Source of the DNA: an uncultured delta proteobacterium
GTDB lineage: Bacteria; Desulfobacterota; Desulfobacteria; Desulfobacterales; UBA2156
DNA length: 64,000 nucleotides
Assembly (NCBI GenBank): GCA_963736855.1
Contig: CAVTQK010000009.1
Span: forward strand, 288,001-352,000
Direction of reading: 5' to 3'
Shown: in pieces, positions 1 to 10,633 of the stretch
How the letters are laid out: every line of letters begins with the position of its first letter
Numbering within the stretch: the stretch's first letter is position 1
The notes under the pieces: model-generated
Told to the model about the DNA's origin: nothing
What the model saw: only the letters and a program-made list of their open reading frames with translations
Database searches by the model: none
Translations under genes and position numbers: made by a program

Positions 1-416
1 CCCTGGATGTGACTATCCAAGCCCAGATTCTCGATCTCATGAATACGCTCAAGGCCGAAACCGGCGCTTCCATTCTGTTCATCACCCACGACCTTGGAGT
101 TATTGCGGAAATGGCCCAGCATGTGGCCGTCATGTATGCCGGCCGTCTCATGGAATTTGCCGACGCTAAAGCCCTCTTTGCCGATCCGAAAAACCCGTAC
201 ACCGTGGGGCTCCTCGGATCGATCCCGATTCTGGGAAAAGACAAGGAAGGCCTTTTGAAGACCATACCCGGGGTGGTCCCTTCCCTGCTCAGGCTTCCGG
301 ATGGATGTCTTTTCAGCGACCGGTGCCCGGATGTATTTGAAGATTGTCGACGGATTGCACCCACGATGGTTCAAACGGGTACAAACCATTTTGTGAGGTG
401 TCTCAAGTATGCCTGA
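1..416 (+). CDS. Oligopeptide/dipeptide ABC transporter ATP-binding subunit (OppD/DppD-like), 5'-truncated by window edge
   Basis: [17 protein letters not shown]-loop, C-terminal PYT..GC.F..RC...C oligopeptide-transporter extension. Confidence 0.9.
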   Translation, partial: LDVTIQAQILDLMNTLKAETGASILFITHDLGVIAEMAQHVAVMYAGRLMEFADAKALFADPKNPYTVGLLGSIPILGKDKEGLLKTIPGVVPSLLRLPDGCLFSDRCPDVFEDCRRIAPTMVQTGTNHFVRCLKYA

Positions 417-1410
417 CCTTAATTTCGAAAAACAGCCGTTGCTTGAGGCCAGGGATATCGTGAAACATTATCCGATTTACGGAGGCGTCTTCCTGAAGCA
501 AAAGGCAGCGGTAAAGGCTGTTGACGGTGTAAGCCTGACCATCCGAAAAGGCGAGACCGTAGGCCTCGTGGGAGAGTCAGGGTGTGGAAAAACCACATTC
601 GGAAGAGCCATTCTGCGACTGGAAGAACCCACCTCAGGTAGGGTTCTGTTTGAAGGAGAAGACATTCTCGCTTATGACAAGCAGCGGATGCAGTCGTTGC
701 GCCGTAAAATGCAGATTATCTTCCAGGATCCTTTTTCATCTTTGAATCCGAGAAAAACCGTCTCCCAGATCATCGGTGAACCTTTACAGGTTCATGGAGA
801 AAAAAAGCGACAAAAGAGGGATGATAGGGTTCTGGAGCTTTTAGAGGTGGTGGGTCTTCGCAAGGAGCACATGAGACGCTATCCCCATCAGTTTTCAGGG
901 GGACAACGGCAGCGCATCGGCATTGCCCGTGCCCTGGCCTTAAACCCTCAGCTCATCGTCTGTGACGAGGCCGTTTCGGCCCTGGATGTATCGATCCAGG
1001 CTCAGGTCATCAATCTGCTGAAAAAACTTCAGGAAGATTTTGGATTAACGTATCTCTTTATTTCACACGATTTGAGTGTCGTGGAACATGTGAGCGACCG
1101 GATTGCGGTGATGTACCTGGGAAAAATCGTCGAATTGGCGCCTGGAAAAGATTTGTATCGAAATCCATTGCACCCTTACACCCAGGCCTTGCTTTCCGCA
1201 GTACCGATTCCCGACCCTTCCTTTGAAAGGCCCGGGCGCATCATTCTGAAAGGAGATGTCCCCAGCCCCATTGATCCGCCTTCCGGATGCCGCTTCCATC
1301 CCCGCTGTCTTTACATGCAAAAGATTTGCATGGAAAGCGAACCGCTGCTGGAAGAGACTACGAACCGCCATTGGGCGGCCTGCTTTTTTGCCGGAAAAGC
1401 CGGGAAATAA
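409..1410 (+). CDS. Oligopeptide/dipeptide ABC transporter ATP-binding subunit (OppF/DppF-like)
   Basis: Walker A GESGCGKT, signature FSGGQRQR, Walker [19 protein letters not shown] tail; overlaps upstream ATPase. Confidence 0.95.
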   Translation: MPDLNFEKQPLLEARDIVKHYPIYGGVFLKQKAAVKAVDGVSLTIRKGETVGLVGESGCGKTTFGRAILRLEEPTSGRVLFEGEDILAYDKQRMQSLRRKMQIIFQDPFSSLNPRKTVSQIIGEPLQVHGEKKRQKRDDRVLELLEVVGLRKEHMRRYPHQFSGGQRQRIGIARALALNPQLIVCDEAVSALDVSIQAQVINLLKKLQEDFGLTYLFISHDLSVVEHVSDRIAVMYLGKIVELAPGKDLYRNPLHPYTQALLSAVPIPDPSFERPGRIILKGDVPSPIDPPSGCRFHPRCLYMQKICMESEPLLEETTNRHWAACFFAGKAGK

Positions 1411-1443
1411 ACAGAAGCCCCTCTCGGGATCTATTTCGAAGTC

Positions 1444-3885
1444 TCACCGCCAATCCGGAATCATGCTCCCCGAAGTACCCGGACGATAAGGAAGCCACCC
1501 CAGTCCAAAGATCTTCAGATGAATGTCCGTGCCCGCGGGATTCAACCGCATTTCTTCGATTTCCTGAGCGGCCGGGTCGAAAGAAGTTTCAAGGGCGGCA
1601 ATGTCTTCCTGGAGTCTGGTTTCCAATTCTTCGAGTTCCCGCTGAATGGTCTGTGCCGTTTCTGTGGCCCGGGCGACATCCATCTGTTCCTTCCCGATGC
1701 GGCTGGCCGATTTCATGGCCGTACCCACGCGGTACGTAGAGGTGGAGCTGATCGCTTTTCGACCCAGCAGGGCGCCCAGAATCGCAGACCCGAAGGAGAT
1801 CGCCGTTTCTACCTTCTTGCTCTTGGCCTGATCCTTTTCACGTTCTACGGCCTGTTCGGCCCGCAGGGACCGATTTTTCAGTGTGGTGAATTTTGAGGCG
1901 TACTTTTTCCGGATTTTTTCCACCTCAAGGTCTCGCTTCTCCCGCAGTTTTTGGGAGAGCCGAGCCCGGAACTGGCTTTCCGATTCACCAGGCCGGCTTA
2001 TTTCATTGTATGTCCGGGAATGATATAGCACCAAGGGTCGGTTTTGGCGGATCCATTGAATCCACTCTTTGTTCATCCTGCGATAGATCGTCGGGTCTTT
2101 GCCTGGGGAAGGAATATCGGAAAACACGGCTCCGGCAAGGGGTTGATCCTGAAGCCCGGAGGGGTCCAAGGATAGCTCCATGGATTGATTCCAGTCCACA
2201 AGGACAGGACCATCATAAAGTTCGGCAGCCAGAAAAACCGCTTCGTCTGTATAAAGATTATGCTTGGGGCTGGAGTAATGCACTTGCGCATGGCCGATGA
2301 AGGCAGGATGATAAACAAGACCTTGACCGGCACCGGATGCCGGCAGGTAAAAAACCGGTATTTCCGGTGGGAGCACAGGCGGGGCGTTCAAGGCCTGAGG
2401 TTGAGCCGGGGTAGAAGGTGTGAACGAAGCAGGCGACCCAGGCCGGATCTCCGCCGCAGGGGCTTGAGAAGGAAATGCCTCCGGCAGGTTCTGGGTCAAT
2501 GCTTTAATCTGTTGACGGGTCATGGGGCCCCGCAAATATGAAAGGGCCCAGCGGGACTGAAATATAACGGGAGCATTTTCATGGACGTTATGAAGGAGAA
2601 ATACCCGCTGACCCAATCCGGACAGCAGGTTTTCCATTTGACTACGCCCGAAACTGGCTCTGGAAGCACCCTGGAGGCCGTCCAAGACCCGGGCTTTGTC
2701 TTGTTCCGTCTGGAGTCGTCCTAAAAACCAAGTCCCGGTGTTGGAAAGCCCTTTATAATCCAGGTCCACAGGATTTTGAGTCGCCAGGACCACACCCAGG
2801 CCGAAGGCCCGCGCCTGTTTGAGGAGGGTTAAAAGCGGCGCTTTGGAAGGCGGGTTTTTCACCGGGGGAAAATATCCGAAAATCTCATCCATGTATAGGA
2901 TAGCGCGGAGGCTCGGAGTGCCGGGCTGGGTACGCATCCAATTGAGGACTTCATTTAAGAGCATGGAAACAAAAAACATCCGTTCGGTGTCCGACAGGTG
3001 ACTGATGGTGAAAATGGAGGCGCGTGGTTTGCCGGAGGAAGTGTAAAGAAAGCTGCCGATGTCCAGGGGAGCGCCCTCCATCCAGGCTTCAAATCCAGGA
3101 GCTGCGAGAAGGCTGTTCAGCCGCATGGCCAGATTGAAGCGCTCTTTGGAGGGATAGAAGGATTCAAGGTCCATGATGCCGACGCGCTCGAAGGGAGGCG
3201 TCTGGATGGCGTGAATCAAACCGGCGAGATCGACCCCTTTTCCGGAAGCCCAAAGGGCGCTGAATATATTGGATATCAGGATGTGTTCCCGACTTGAGAT
3301 GGGGTCGGCCTCGATATTCAGAAGAGACAGAAGGCTCGTAGCCGTGTTTTGGATCCGTTCCCGGAGAAGATCGGTATCCTGGAGAACAGCAGGGCTCGGG
3401 GGGTTGAAATTCCTCAAGACGCTTACCGGGAATCCGGCATTGCTTCCCGGGGTATAGACTGCAAAATCGGCGCTTTCCCTGAGCTTGGCGATCCGTTCAG
3501 GTGCTTGATGCCAATCTGCCAGCCCTTTTTTCCAGGTTGCGGCCTGTTTTTCGGCGTATTGCTCCGGGGTGAGACCGTTTTTAACCGCATTTTGCTCGTC
3601 GATCCAGGGAAGAAAATCCGCCCCTTTCAGGGAAGGAAAAGTCAAAAGAAGGTTGGGAAGGTCCCCCTTGGGGTCGATGGCGATGACCGGAATGGCATCG
3701 ATGAGGGCTTCTTCGATGAGTCCGATGGCAAGTCCGGTCTTGCCGCTTCCGGTCATGCCGATGATGACGGCGTGGGTGGTCAGGTCTTTGGAATCATAGA
3801 GGACGACCTCATCCGTCAATCGTTTTTCATCCGCATTGTAAACTTTACCCAGATAAAAGGCGCCAAGCTTTTCATAATCGAGCAT
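1444..3885 (-). CDS. HerA/FtsK-superfamily (DUF853-like) P-loop ATPase with Pro-rich linker and coiled-coil C-terminus
   Basis: GMTGSGKT, IDPKGD, ILYMDE, QARAFGLGVVLATQNP motifs; start set at ATG 3885 after AAGGAGGG RBS. Confidence 0.8.
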   Translation of the reverse strand: MLDYEKLGAFYLGKVYNADEKRLTDEVVLYDSKDLTTHAVIIGMTGSGKTGLAIGLIEEALIDAIPVIAIDPKGDLPNLLLTFPSLKGADFLPWIDEQNAVKNGLTPEQYAEKQAATWKKGLADWHQAPERIAKLRESADFAVYTPGSNAGFPVSVLRNFNPPSPAVLQDTDLLRERIQNTATSLLSLLNIEADPISSREHILISNIFSALWASGKGVDLAGLIHAIQTPPFERVGIMDLESFYPSKERFNLAMRLNSLLAAPGFEAWMEGAPLDIGSFLYTSSGKPRASIFTISHLSDTERMFFVSMLLNEVLNWMRTQPGTPSLRAILYMDEIFGYFPPVKNPPSKAPLLTLLKQARAFGLGVVLATQNPVDLDYKGLSNTGTWFLGRLQTEQDKARVLDGLQGASRASFGRSQMENLLSGLGQRVFLLHNVHENAPVIFQSRWALSYLRGPMTRQQIKALTQNLPEAFPSQAPAAEIRPGSPASFTPSTPAQPQALNAPPVLPPEIPVFYLPASGAGQGLVYHPAFIGHAQVHYSSPKHNLYTDEAVFLAAELYDGPVLVDWNQSMELSLDPSGLQDQPLAGAVFSDIPSPGKDPTIYRRMNKEWIQWIRQNRPLVLYHSRTYNEISRPGESESQFRARLSQKLREKRDLEVEKIRKKYASKFTTLKNRSLRAEQAVEREKDQAKSKKVETAISFGSAILGALLGRKAISSTSTYRVGTAMKSASRIGKEQMDVARATETAQTIQRELEELETRLQEDIAALETSFDPAAQEIEEMRLNPAGTDIHLKIFGLGWLPYRPGTSGSMIPDWR

Positions 3886-4132
3886 GTTTCCCTCCTTCTG
3901 GTGCGTTAAGATCGAAACGTACAACAATTGTCGCATATCGGAAGACGGACAGTTCTGTCAAGATCGGTTCATGATTGAGGATATTCGAAACAGTCTGTTT
4001 GTTCTCTACTCACTTATGGTGTAGGAATAAAATTCTCGTTCGTAACGCAGTAGAATCTAAAAAAATCGGATCTCAAAGATAAGGCCGTATGCTTTGTTTT
4101 CCCATCGTACCCTTTTCCCACGGGAGGAAATC

Positions 4133-4975
4133 ATGGATTCTGATTTGAAACACGCGTTGTCTCCATTCCTTCAAATTTTAGGTATGGATGAAGAACCTAT
4201 GGGAATCTATTTTTCTGAAAACAAGGTTCCAGATAGTCTTTCTCCGGGCATTCTGGCCCTTCCCACCCGGGAAAAGGAGATGCAAAACGCCATCGACTGG
4301 CAATCCGTTTTCGGCGGCTTTTCTTGTGTCATGGGGACCCTTTGGAGGGCGCGGAAAAAGAGGGTTCCGGCATGTTTTTCCGCAGAGCAATTCGGTTGTC
4401 CGGGAGGGGCTTTCTGGATGGGTTTCTTAAAGCCCCAGACCGAAACCATCATCCATTATGTGAGCACCGGAGTGCCGGGGCAGATGGAGGGGGAACGTTA
4501 CTGTAATTCACCCGATTCCCTAAGAGCCATGTTCGAATATGTGGACCCCCGACCGGCCCCGAAGCCGTTTTGCGTGATCCAACCCCTATCTCTCTTTCCC
4601 AGCACAGAAGACCCGGAGTTGGTAACCTTTTTTTCCCGGCCGGAATCCCTTTGCGGGCTCCATCAGCTGGCGGCTTTTGTCACCAACGATCCGGAGGTGG
4701 TCTGCTCTCCCTGGAGCGCCGCCTGCGGCAGCCTGGTGGCATGGCCTCTGCATTACCTTGAAAGAGGGAAAAATAAAGCCGTGGTGGGAGGATGGGACCC
4801 ATCGGCGCGCAAATTCTATAAAACTGATGAGCTTTCATTTACGGTTCCTTTTCCCATGTTCATGCATATGATCCGCCAATACGAAGAGTCTTTCCTGAAA
4901 GAAAAAACCTGGCAGACTGTATTAAAAAAAGTGGATAGATCAAAGCGGGCTTGGGGTGAGGCGCCTGCAAAGTGA
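4133..4975 (+). CDS. DUF169-family protein
   Basis: EEPMGI start, CV..GCPGG and SAACGS cysteine motifs, DPSARK; GGAGG RBS before ATG 4133. Confidence 0.7.
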   Translation: MDSDLKHALSPFLQILGMDEEPMGIYFSENKVPDSLSPGILALPTREKEMQNAIDWQSVFGGFSCVMGTLWRARKKRVPACFSAEQFGCPGGAFWMGFLKPQTETIIHYVSTGVPGQMEGERYCNSPDSLRAMFEYVDPRPAPKPFCVIQPLSLFPSTEDPELVTFFSRPESLCGLHQLAAFVTNDPEVVCSPWSAACGSLVAWPLHYLERGKNKAVVGGWDPSARKFYKTDELSFTVPFPMFMHMIRQYEESFLKEKTWQTVLKKVDRSKRAWGEAPAK

Positions 4976-4988
4976 GGTGTTATAAAAA

Positions 4989-6467
4989 CTAACGGATATA
5001 CAACTCGTAGATTTTCCTGAAGTGATGGCCGTAGATGGAGAGGGTGATGGCCAGAGGAAAAAGCCGGGGCCTCCGGAAAAGTGTCCATAGGATGAGATAC
5101 CAGTACTGAAACCGTTCCCTCCCCCAGAAGCCGAGTCTCACCGCCGAGCGGAAAAAAGCAAGAATCCTCTGGAAGTCTAACGGAACACGGACTTCCGGCG
5201 TTTTAAATTCCTTCAGAAAGGTTCGAATTCGCCGGTAAAAGTTGCGGGGAGAATAAATATGACGCATGATGGACCGGTACCCCTGCATAAGCGTTTCCAG
5301 TCCCATTTTGGGAATGATGTTGGTGCTTCCGTCCACGTTGTCGCCTGAAAAGGTTCCGACGACCCGATTTTCCCGGCGGAGCCGATCGAATAGGCGTGTT
5401 CCCGGCGGCGCCTGGAGGAGCCCCACCATTGCCGTGACAATCCCGCTTTTCTGAATAAATTCAATCTGATGCTGAAATGTGGACTGGGTGTCGCTGTCAA
5501 AGCCCACGATGAATCCGCCCTGGACCTGCAGCCCGTACCGCTGTATGGTTCTAACACTCTCCAACAAATCCCGATTCTTGTTTTGGCTTTTTAAACATTC
5601 CGTCAGTGAGTCTTCATCCGGGGATTCGATGCCGATAAACACGGAATCGAAACCGGCTTTGACCATCATCTCCATCAGTTCCGGATCATCGGCCAGGTTG
5701 ATGGAGGCTTCCGTGAAAAAGATGCACCCTTTTTTATCTTTCCGCCATTGTATCAATGCAGGCAGCAATTCGGTCTTCAGGTACTTCTTATTGCCGATGA
5801 AATTGTCGTCGACAAAAAAAATATTGGCGTGCCATCCCGTTTCATAAATGGCATTAAGCTCCGCGATGATCTGTGAAGCGGATTTCACTCGAGGCTTTCG
5901 ACCGAATAAAACCGTGACGTTGCAGAAATCGCAGTTGAAGGGACATCCCCTGGAAAATTGGATGCTCATGGAAGCGTATTTATTGATTTTGGCCAGGCTC
6001 CAGAGGGGAATAGGAGTTTGAGCCAAATTGCAGTAACCGTCGGCCCGGTAGATTTTTTTTGCAGACCCTTTTTCAAGGTCCTGAAGAAACAGAGGCAGTG
6101 TAATTTCGGCTTCGTCGAGAACCAGATGATCCACTTCTTCAAAGGCATCCGGCTCACAGGTGAAAAGCGGGCCGCCGGCGACCACCCTCAGTCTCCTTTC
6201 TTTGCATCGGGTGATAATCTGTTTGGCTGACTTGTGCTGGATCATCATTCCTCCGATGAAGACGATATCCGCCCAATCCAGATCGTCATCGGAAAGCCGT
6301 TCCACATTGAGATCCACCAAGCGCTTGGACCAGGATTTAGGCAACATGGCCGCTATAGTCAATAGGCCGAGAGGCGGATAGGCGGATTTTTTGCGAATAA
6401 AAGTCAGTGCATAGGCGAAACTCCAGAAAGTATTAGGAACAGCGGGATTCAGAAGAAGTGCATTCAT
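4989..6467 (-). CDS. B12-binding radical SAM protein (DUF4070-type)
   Basis: N-terminal PPLGLLTIAAMLP cobalamin-binding domain; SRGCPFNCDFC CxxxCxxC; VDDNF, GIES. Confidence 0.9.
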   Translation of the reverse strand: MNALLLNPAVPNTFWSFAYALTFIRKKSAYPPLGLLTIAAMLPKSWSKRLVDLNVERLSDDDLDWADIVFIGGMMIQHKSAKQIITRCKERRLRVVAGGPLFTCEPDAFEEVDHLVLDEAEITLPLFLQDLEKGSAKKIYRADGYCNLAQTPIPLWSLAKINKYASMSIQFSRGCPFNCDFCNVTVLFGRKPRVKSASQIIAELNAIYETGWHANIFFVDDNFIGNKKYLKTELLPALIQWRKDKKGCIFFTEASINLADDPELMEMMVKAGFDSVFIGIESPDEDSLTECLKSQNKNRDLLESVRTIQRYGLQVQGGFIVGFDSDTQSTFQHQIEFIQKSGIVTAMVGLLQAPPGTRLFDRLRRENRVVGTFSGDNVDGSTNIIPKMGLETLMQGYRSIMRHIYSPRNFYRRIRTFLKEFKTPEVRVPLDFQRILAFFRSAVRLGFWGRERFQYWYLILWTLFRRPRLFPLAITLSIYGHHFRKIYELYIR

Positions 6468-6799
6468 TGGAAAACCAACCCTTTAAAAGGGGTTTCGAAA
6501 TAGATATCAGTCTCACCGGAAAAATACCATAAAAGCACATATCAATCCTATCCGGCCATGTCAATTCAATTCTGAGCATCTTCATATAAACCCTGCTGTT
6601 GCAACTGCAGGGTAAAATCAACCGGAAATGCCGGTTAAAATGAATAACACAGTCACAAGAAATCATCGACACCATATGAAAAAATCATTAAAATGACCGT
6701 TGAAAAAAAAGGGAAAGCGCTTGTATACTGATTGGAAAGGTTGCAAGGGGAAAAACGGTGGCAAATTAAGTAGAATGGTTGTGCAGGGAGGATATCTCG

Positions 6800-8815
6800 A
6801 TGGCCTCGAAACCGACCGATGATGAATTAAAACAAAAGATTAACAAGCTTGAGAAGGAAGCTTCCGAGCTGAAGCAAACGATTGAATCGCTGCGAGGCAG
6901 TGAGAGCAAATTCCACGCTTTTTTCGGGAATAGTCTGGACGCATTGTTCATCACGATGCCGGATGGTCGGATCCTGGAAGCAAATCCCGCAGCCTGCAGG
7001 ATGTTCGGTTACACGGAAGAGGAGCTAATCCAAGGAGGAAGAAATTTAGTGGTGGCCCTGGATGATCCGAGATTGCCCCCTGCTTTGGAAGAAAGACGCC
7101 TGACGGGTAAATTCATCGGGGAACTGACCTTTAAGCGTAAAGACGAGACCAGATTTCCGGCGGAAATCAGCTCTGTGATTTTTAAAAGCAGAGAAGACGA
7201 TGAACGGGTCAGCATCATCATCCGGGATATTCAAAGGCGCAAGGCCACGGAGCAGGCGTTGCGGGAAAGCGAGGAACGGTTTCGTTTTCTGACCGAAACC
7301 GTATCGGATATCATTTGGACGGTGGATCTAAATTTGAGCACCACCTACGTAAGCCCTTCCATCGAGAGGGTCCTGGGTTTCACGCCGGAGGAACGAAAAA
7401 GACAACGGGTGGAGGAGGTTTTGACACCGCGATCCCTGAAGTTGATCCAAGTATTGTTTGCCGAGGAACTTGCAAAAGAGAAAGACAAGTCGGTGGACCC
7501 GGGTCGTTCCATGACCATCGAAGTCGAGTATTATCACAAGGACGGGACGACTGTTTGGCTTGAAAACGCCATGAAATGGATCCGTGATAAAAAAGGCGCC
7601 ATTATCGGGATTCATGGGGTGTCACGGGATATTTCGAAGCGCAAGAAGGCACAGATCGAGCGCGATAAACTGCATGCTCAACTCATACAGGTTCAAAAAA
7701 TGGAATCGGTGGGCAGGCTTGCGGGAGGGGTGGCCCATGATTTCAACAACATGCTGGGGGTCATCCTGGGTCGAGTGGAAATGATGCTCATGGGAATGAA
7801 ACCAGGAGATTCTTCTTTTGAGGATTTGGAGGAGATCCAAAAAGCGGCTCGGCGTTCGGCGGATCTTACCCGACAGCTTCTGGCTTTTGCACGAAGGCAA
7901 GCGATTGCGCCCAAGGTATTGGATCTCAACGATGTGGTGGAGGGGATGCTTAGCATGCTTCGGCGTTTGATCGGAGAGAATATCGACCTCGTATGGCATC
8001 CCGATACCCGGATTTGGCCGGTGAAGATGGACCCGGCCCAGGTGGATCAGATCCTTGTCAATCTGTGTGTGAATTCCAAAGATGCGATTGCCGGGTCAGG
8101 AACCGTCACCATCGAAACGGAAAACGTGATCTTCGATGATGCCTATTGCGAAAAACATGCGGGGTCTAAGCCGGGGCAATACGTCCTGCTGGCGGTCAGC
8201 GACGACGGCTGCGGAATGGATAAAGAAACACAATCGCATCTTTTTGAACCTTTTTTCACCACGAAGGAAGTGGGAAAAGGGACCGGCTTGGGTCTGGCCA
8301 CCGTTTACGGCATTGTCAAGCAGAACAACGGCTATGTCGATTTCCAGAGTGACCGGGGTCAAGGGACCACCTTTCGGATTTATATCCCAAAAAATGAAGG
8401 GGATGTTGTCAAGGAAGCGGCGGCAGGTTCCACGGAAAAGCCCAGGGGTCGTGGAGAGACGATTCTTCTGGTTGAAGACGAACCCGGGATACTGGCCATG
8501 GGAAAGGCGATGCTGGAGCGATTGGGGTATGCCGTTTTTTCGACCTCGGATCCGTATTATGCCCTGGATTTGGCCAAAAAACATTCCGGAAAATTTCATC
8601 TATTGATGACCGATGTCGTGATGCCCAAGATGAGCGGAAAAGACTTGGCCGAACAGGTGAAGGTCCTGAACCCGAAGATTAAGATTTTATTTATGTCCGG
8701 TTATACCGCGGACGTGATCGTCCACCATGGCGCAATCGATGGAGGCACGCGGTTCATCCAGAAGCCTTTTTCGATGAAGGATCTTTCCGCAGCCATTCAG
8801 CAGGCGCTGGGATAA
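6800..8815 (+). CDS. Hybrid PAS-PAS sensor histidine kinase / response regulator
   Basis: Two PAS domains, H-box AGGVAHDFNN, FEPFFTTK/GTGLGL, receiver LLVED...TDVVMP...KPF. Confidence 0.95.
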   Translation: MASKPTDDELKQKINKLEKEASELKQTIESLRGSESKFHAFFGNSLDALFITMPDGRILEANPAACRMFGYTEEELIQGGRNLVVALDDPRLPPALEERRLTGKFIGELTFKRKDETRFPAEISSVIFKSREDDERVSIIIRDIQRRKATEQALRESEERFRFLTETVSDIIWTVDLNLSTTYVSPSIERVLGFTPEERKRQRVEEVLTPRSLKLIQVLFAEELAKEKDKSVDPGRSMTIEVEYYHKDGTTVWLENAMKWIRDKKGAIIGIHGVSRDISKRKKAQIERDKLHAQLIQVQKMESVGRLAGGVAHDFNNMLGVILGRVEMMLMGMKPGDSSFEDLEEIQKAARRSADLTRQLLAFARRQAIAPKVLDLNDVVEGMLSMLRRLIGENIDLVWHPDTRIWPVKMDPAQVDQILVNLCVNSKDAIAGSGTVTIETENVIFDDAYCEKHAGSKPGQYVLLAVSDDGCGMDKETQSHLFEPFFTTKEVGKGTGLGLATVYGIVKQNNGYVDFQSDRGQGTTFRIYIPKNEGDVVKEAAAGSTEKPRGRGETILLVEDEPGILAMGKAMLERLGYAVFSTSDPYYALDLAKKHSGKFHLLMTDVVMPKMSGKDLAEQVKVLNPKIKILFMSGYTADVIVHHGAIDGGTRFIQKPFSMKDLSAAIQQALG

Positions 8816-8954
8816 AAATAACACATTAAAAAAAAGCATCGGTTCGTTAGAAAATTGGTCACGGGGATAGGTTTTGAAATTTCCAGACACTTGCGGACCT
8901 TCAATGCGTCGGATTCCGCCTTTTCGCTTAACACATAAAAGTGGAGAAATCGAA

Positions 8955-10481
8955 GTGAAAAAGATTATCCTTGAAATCCTGTCCATGTGGGTCCTTGTTT
9001 TATGTTTCGGGCTGTCATTTGAGGTCGGCACGGCGGAGAGCGCAGACCAGCAGAAAAATTCAGTCAAACTGATTTTCATTCATCATTCCTGCGGGGAGAA
9101 CTGGCTTGCCGACGAAAACGGAGGGCTTGCGCGAGAACTTGAAAAAAACCATTTTTTCGTCAGCGACACGAACTACGGATGGGGATTGGATTCCATCGGG
9201 GATCGCACGGATATCATCAACTGGCCCGAGTGGTTCGTCGAAGAGCGTTCCGCGAAAATACTGAACGCTCTTTATAAAGAAAGCGGCGTTCACTCGCCAT
9301 ACAGGAGGAAGATCGGCGATCCCGGCGGAGAGAACGAAATCATCATGTTCAAATCCTGCTTTCCGAACTCGAACCTTGAGGGGAATCCGAAAGATCTGCC
9401 GTCGTCGGGGATGGACGGGGAACAGACCGTGGCGAACTCGAAAGGAGTCTACAACCGACTTCTCAAATATTTCGCCGCAAGACCGGACAAACTCTTCATC
9501 GCCGTGACAGCGCCTCCTGTCAGCGATTCCAGACACGCGAAAAACGCTCGCGCCTTCAATCTGTGGCTTGTCCATGACTGGCTGAAAGACTATCCCCTCA
9601 AAAATGTCGCCGTATTCGATTTCTACAACGTTTTGACGGGAAGAGAGAATCACCATCGTGTGAAAAATGGAAAAATCGAGCATGTCTGCATCACCGGAAG
9701 AAACACGCTTCAATATCCCGCAGGACCCGGAGACGACCACCCCTCAGCCGAAGGAAACCGCAAGGCGACTGCGGACTTTGTTTCGTTGCTGAACCACTAT
9801 CATGGGGAATGGAGGGCTTCAAAGCCTGAGCCTCTACGGACCTCACAGTCCCTTCCTGCACCCCAAGCGCAACGTGACACCAGCGAAAAAGCACCTCAAA
9901 AACAAATTATAACACCGGAAGCCGAAACAGAAAAAAAGATCGGGAAAAAAGACGATCCCACACAGGCCGCGGATAGTCTGATCGACAGCTTTGACAAAGA
10001 GCTATCCGGCTGGGAGGTGTTCAAGGATGACGGCAAAAGCGGAACGAACCTTGTTTTCGCACTGAATAAAGGCGATAAGGCGGGCGGGACCGGCTCTTTA
10101 TCCATCCAATATCATCTGCCGCCGCAAAGCTGGGCGACTTGCGCCAAAGTCTTTTCCGAATCACGAAGCTGGAAGTCATGGAACGGCATTTCATTCAAAG
10201 TCAAAGGGGCCGGGGATTTCTGTGTTTTCTTATATGAAAAAGAAAAAAATGGAGATGGGCTTTTGATATTTGAGCGAAAGCTGAGCCACGCCGATCGGAA
10301 ACCCGATGGTTGGACCGAAATCAGGACACCCTGGAAAGACTTCAGACAGCCGGAGTGGCAGGGAGATCCCTCGGTCACTTTCAAACCCGAGGAAGCCAAG
10401 GGGCTCGCTTTTCATTTCACCAGTGCCGCTGAGAGCCAAGAAGGAAAAGTCCATATTGACGATGTGATGTTGTTTAAATGA
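8955..10481 (+). CDS. Secreted hypothetical protein; N-terminal hydrolase-like domain, C-terminal carbohydrate-binding (CBM11-like) domain
   Basis: Signal-peptide-like N-terminus, FIHHSCG..DHPS motifs, Pro/Gln/Lys-rich linker, WNGISF(KVKG)/WTEIRTPWKDF beta-sandwich pattern. Confidence 0.5.
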   Translation: MKKIILEILSMWVLVLCFGLSFEVGTAESADQQKNSVKLIFIHHSCGENWLADENGGLARELEKNHFFVSDTNYGWGLDSIGDRTDIINWPEWFVEERSAKILNALYKESGVHSPYRRKIGDPGGENEIIMFKSCFPNSNLEGNPKDLPSSGMDGEQTVANSKGVYNRLLKYFAARPDKLFIAVTAPPVSDSRHAKNARAFNLWLVHDWLKDYPLKNVAVFDFYNVLTGRENHHRVKNGKIEHVCITGRNTLQYPAGPGDDHPSAEGNRKATADFVSLLNHYHGEWRASKPEPLRTSQSLPAPQAQRDTSEKAPQKQIITPEAETEKKIGKKDDPTQAADSLIDSFDKELSGWEVFKDDGKSGTNLVFALNKGDKAGGTGSLSIQYHLPPQSWATCAKVFSESRSWKSWNGISFKVKGAGDFCVFLYEKEKNGDGLLIFERKLSHADRKPDGWTEIRTPWKDFRQPEWQGDPSVTFKPEEAKGLAFHFTSAAESQEGKVHIDDVMLFK

Positions 10482-10633
10482 GGCATCTAAGGAAGATTCT
10501 CGAAGTACCCTTGGGATTCAAAGAGTTTCTGCCAGCAGGTAACTTTCAGTACCCAAAGCGACCGGCGTTTGTCGGGAAGTCAGAAATCCGATATATTCAA
10601 ACAGTGATCCTTAAATCTGTATAAGGAGGCTTT

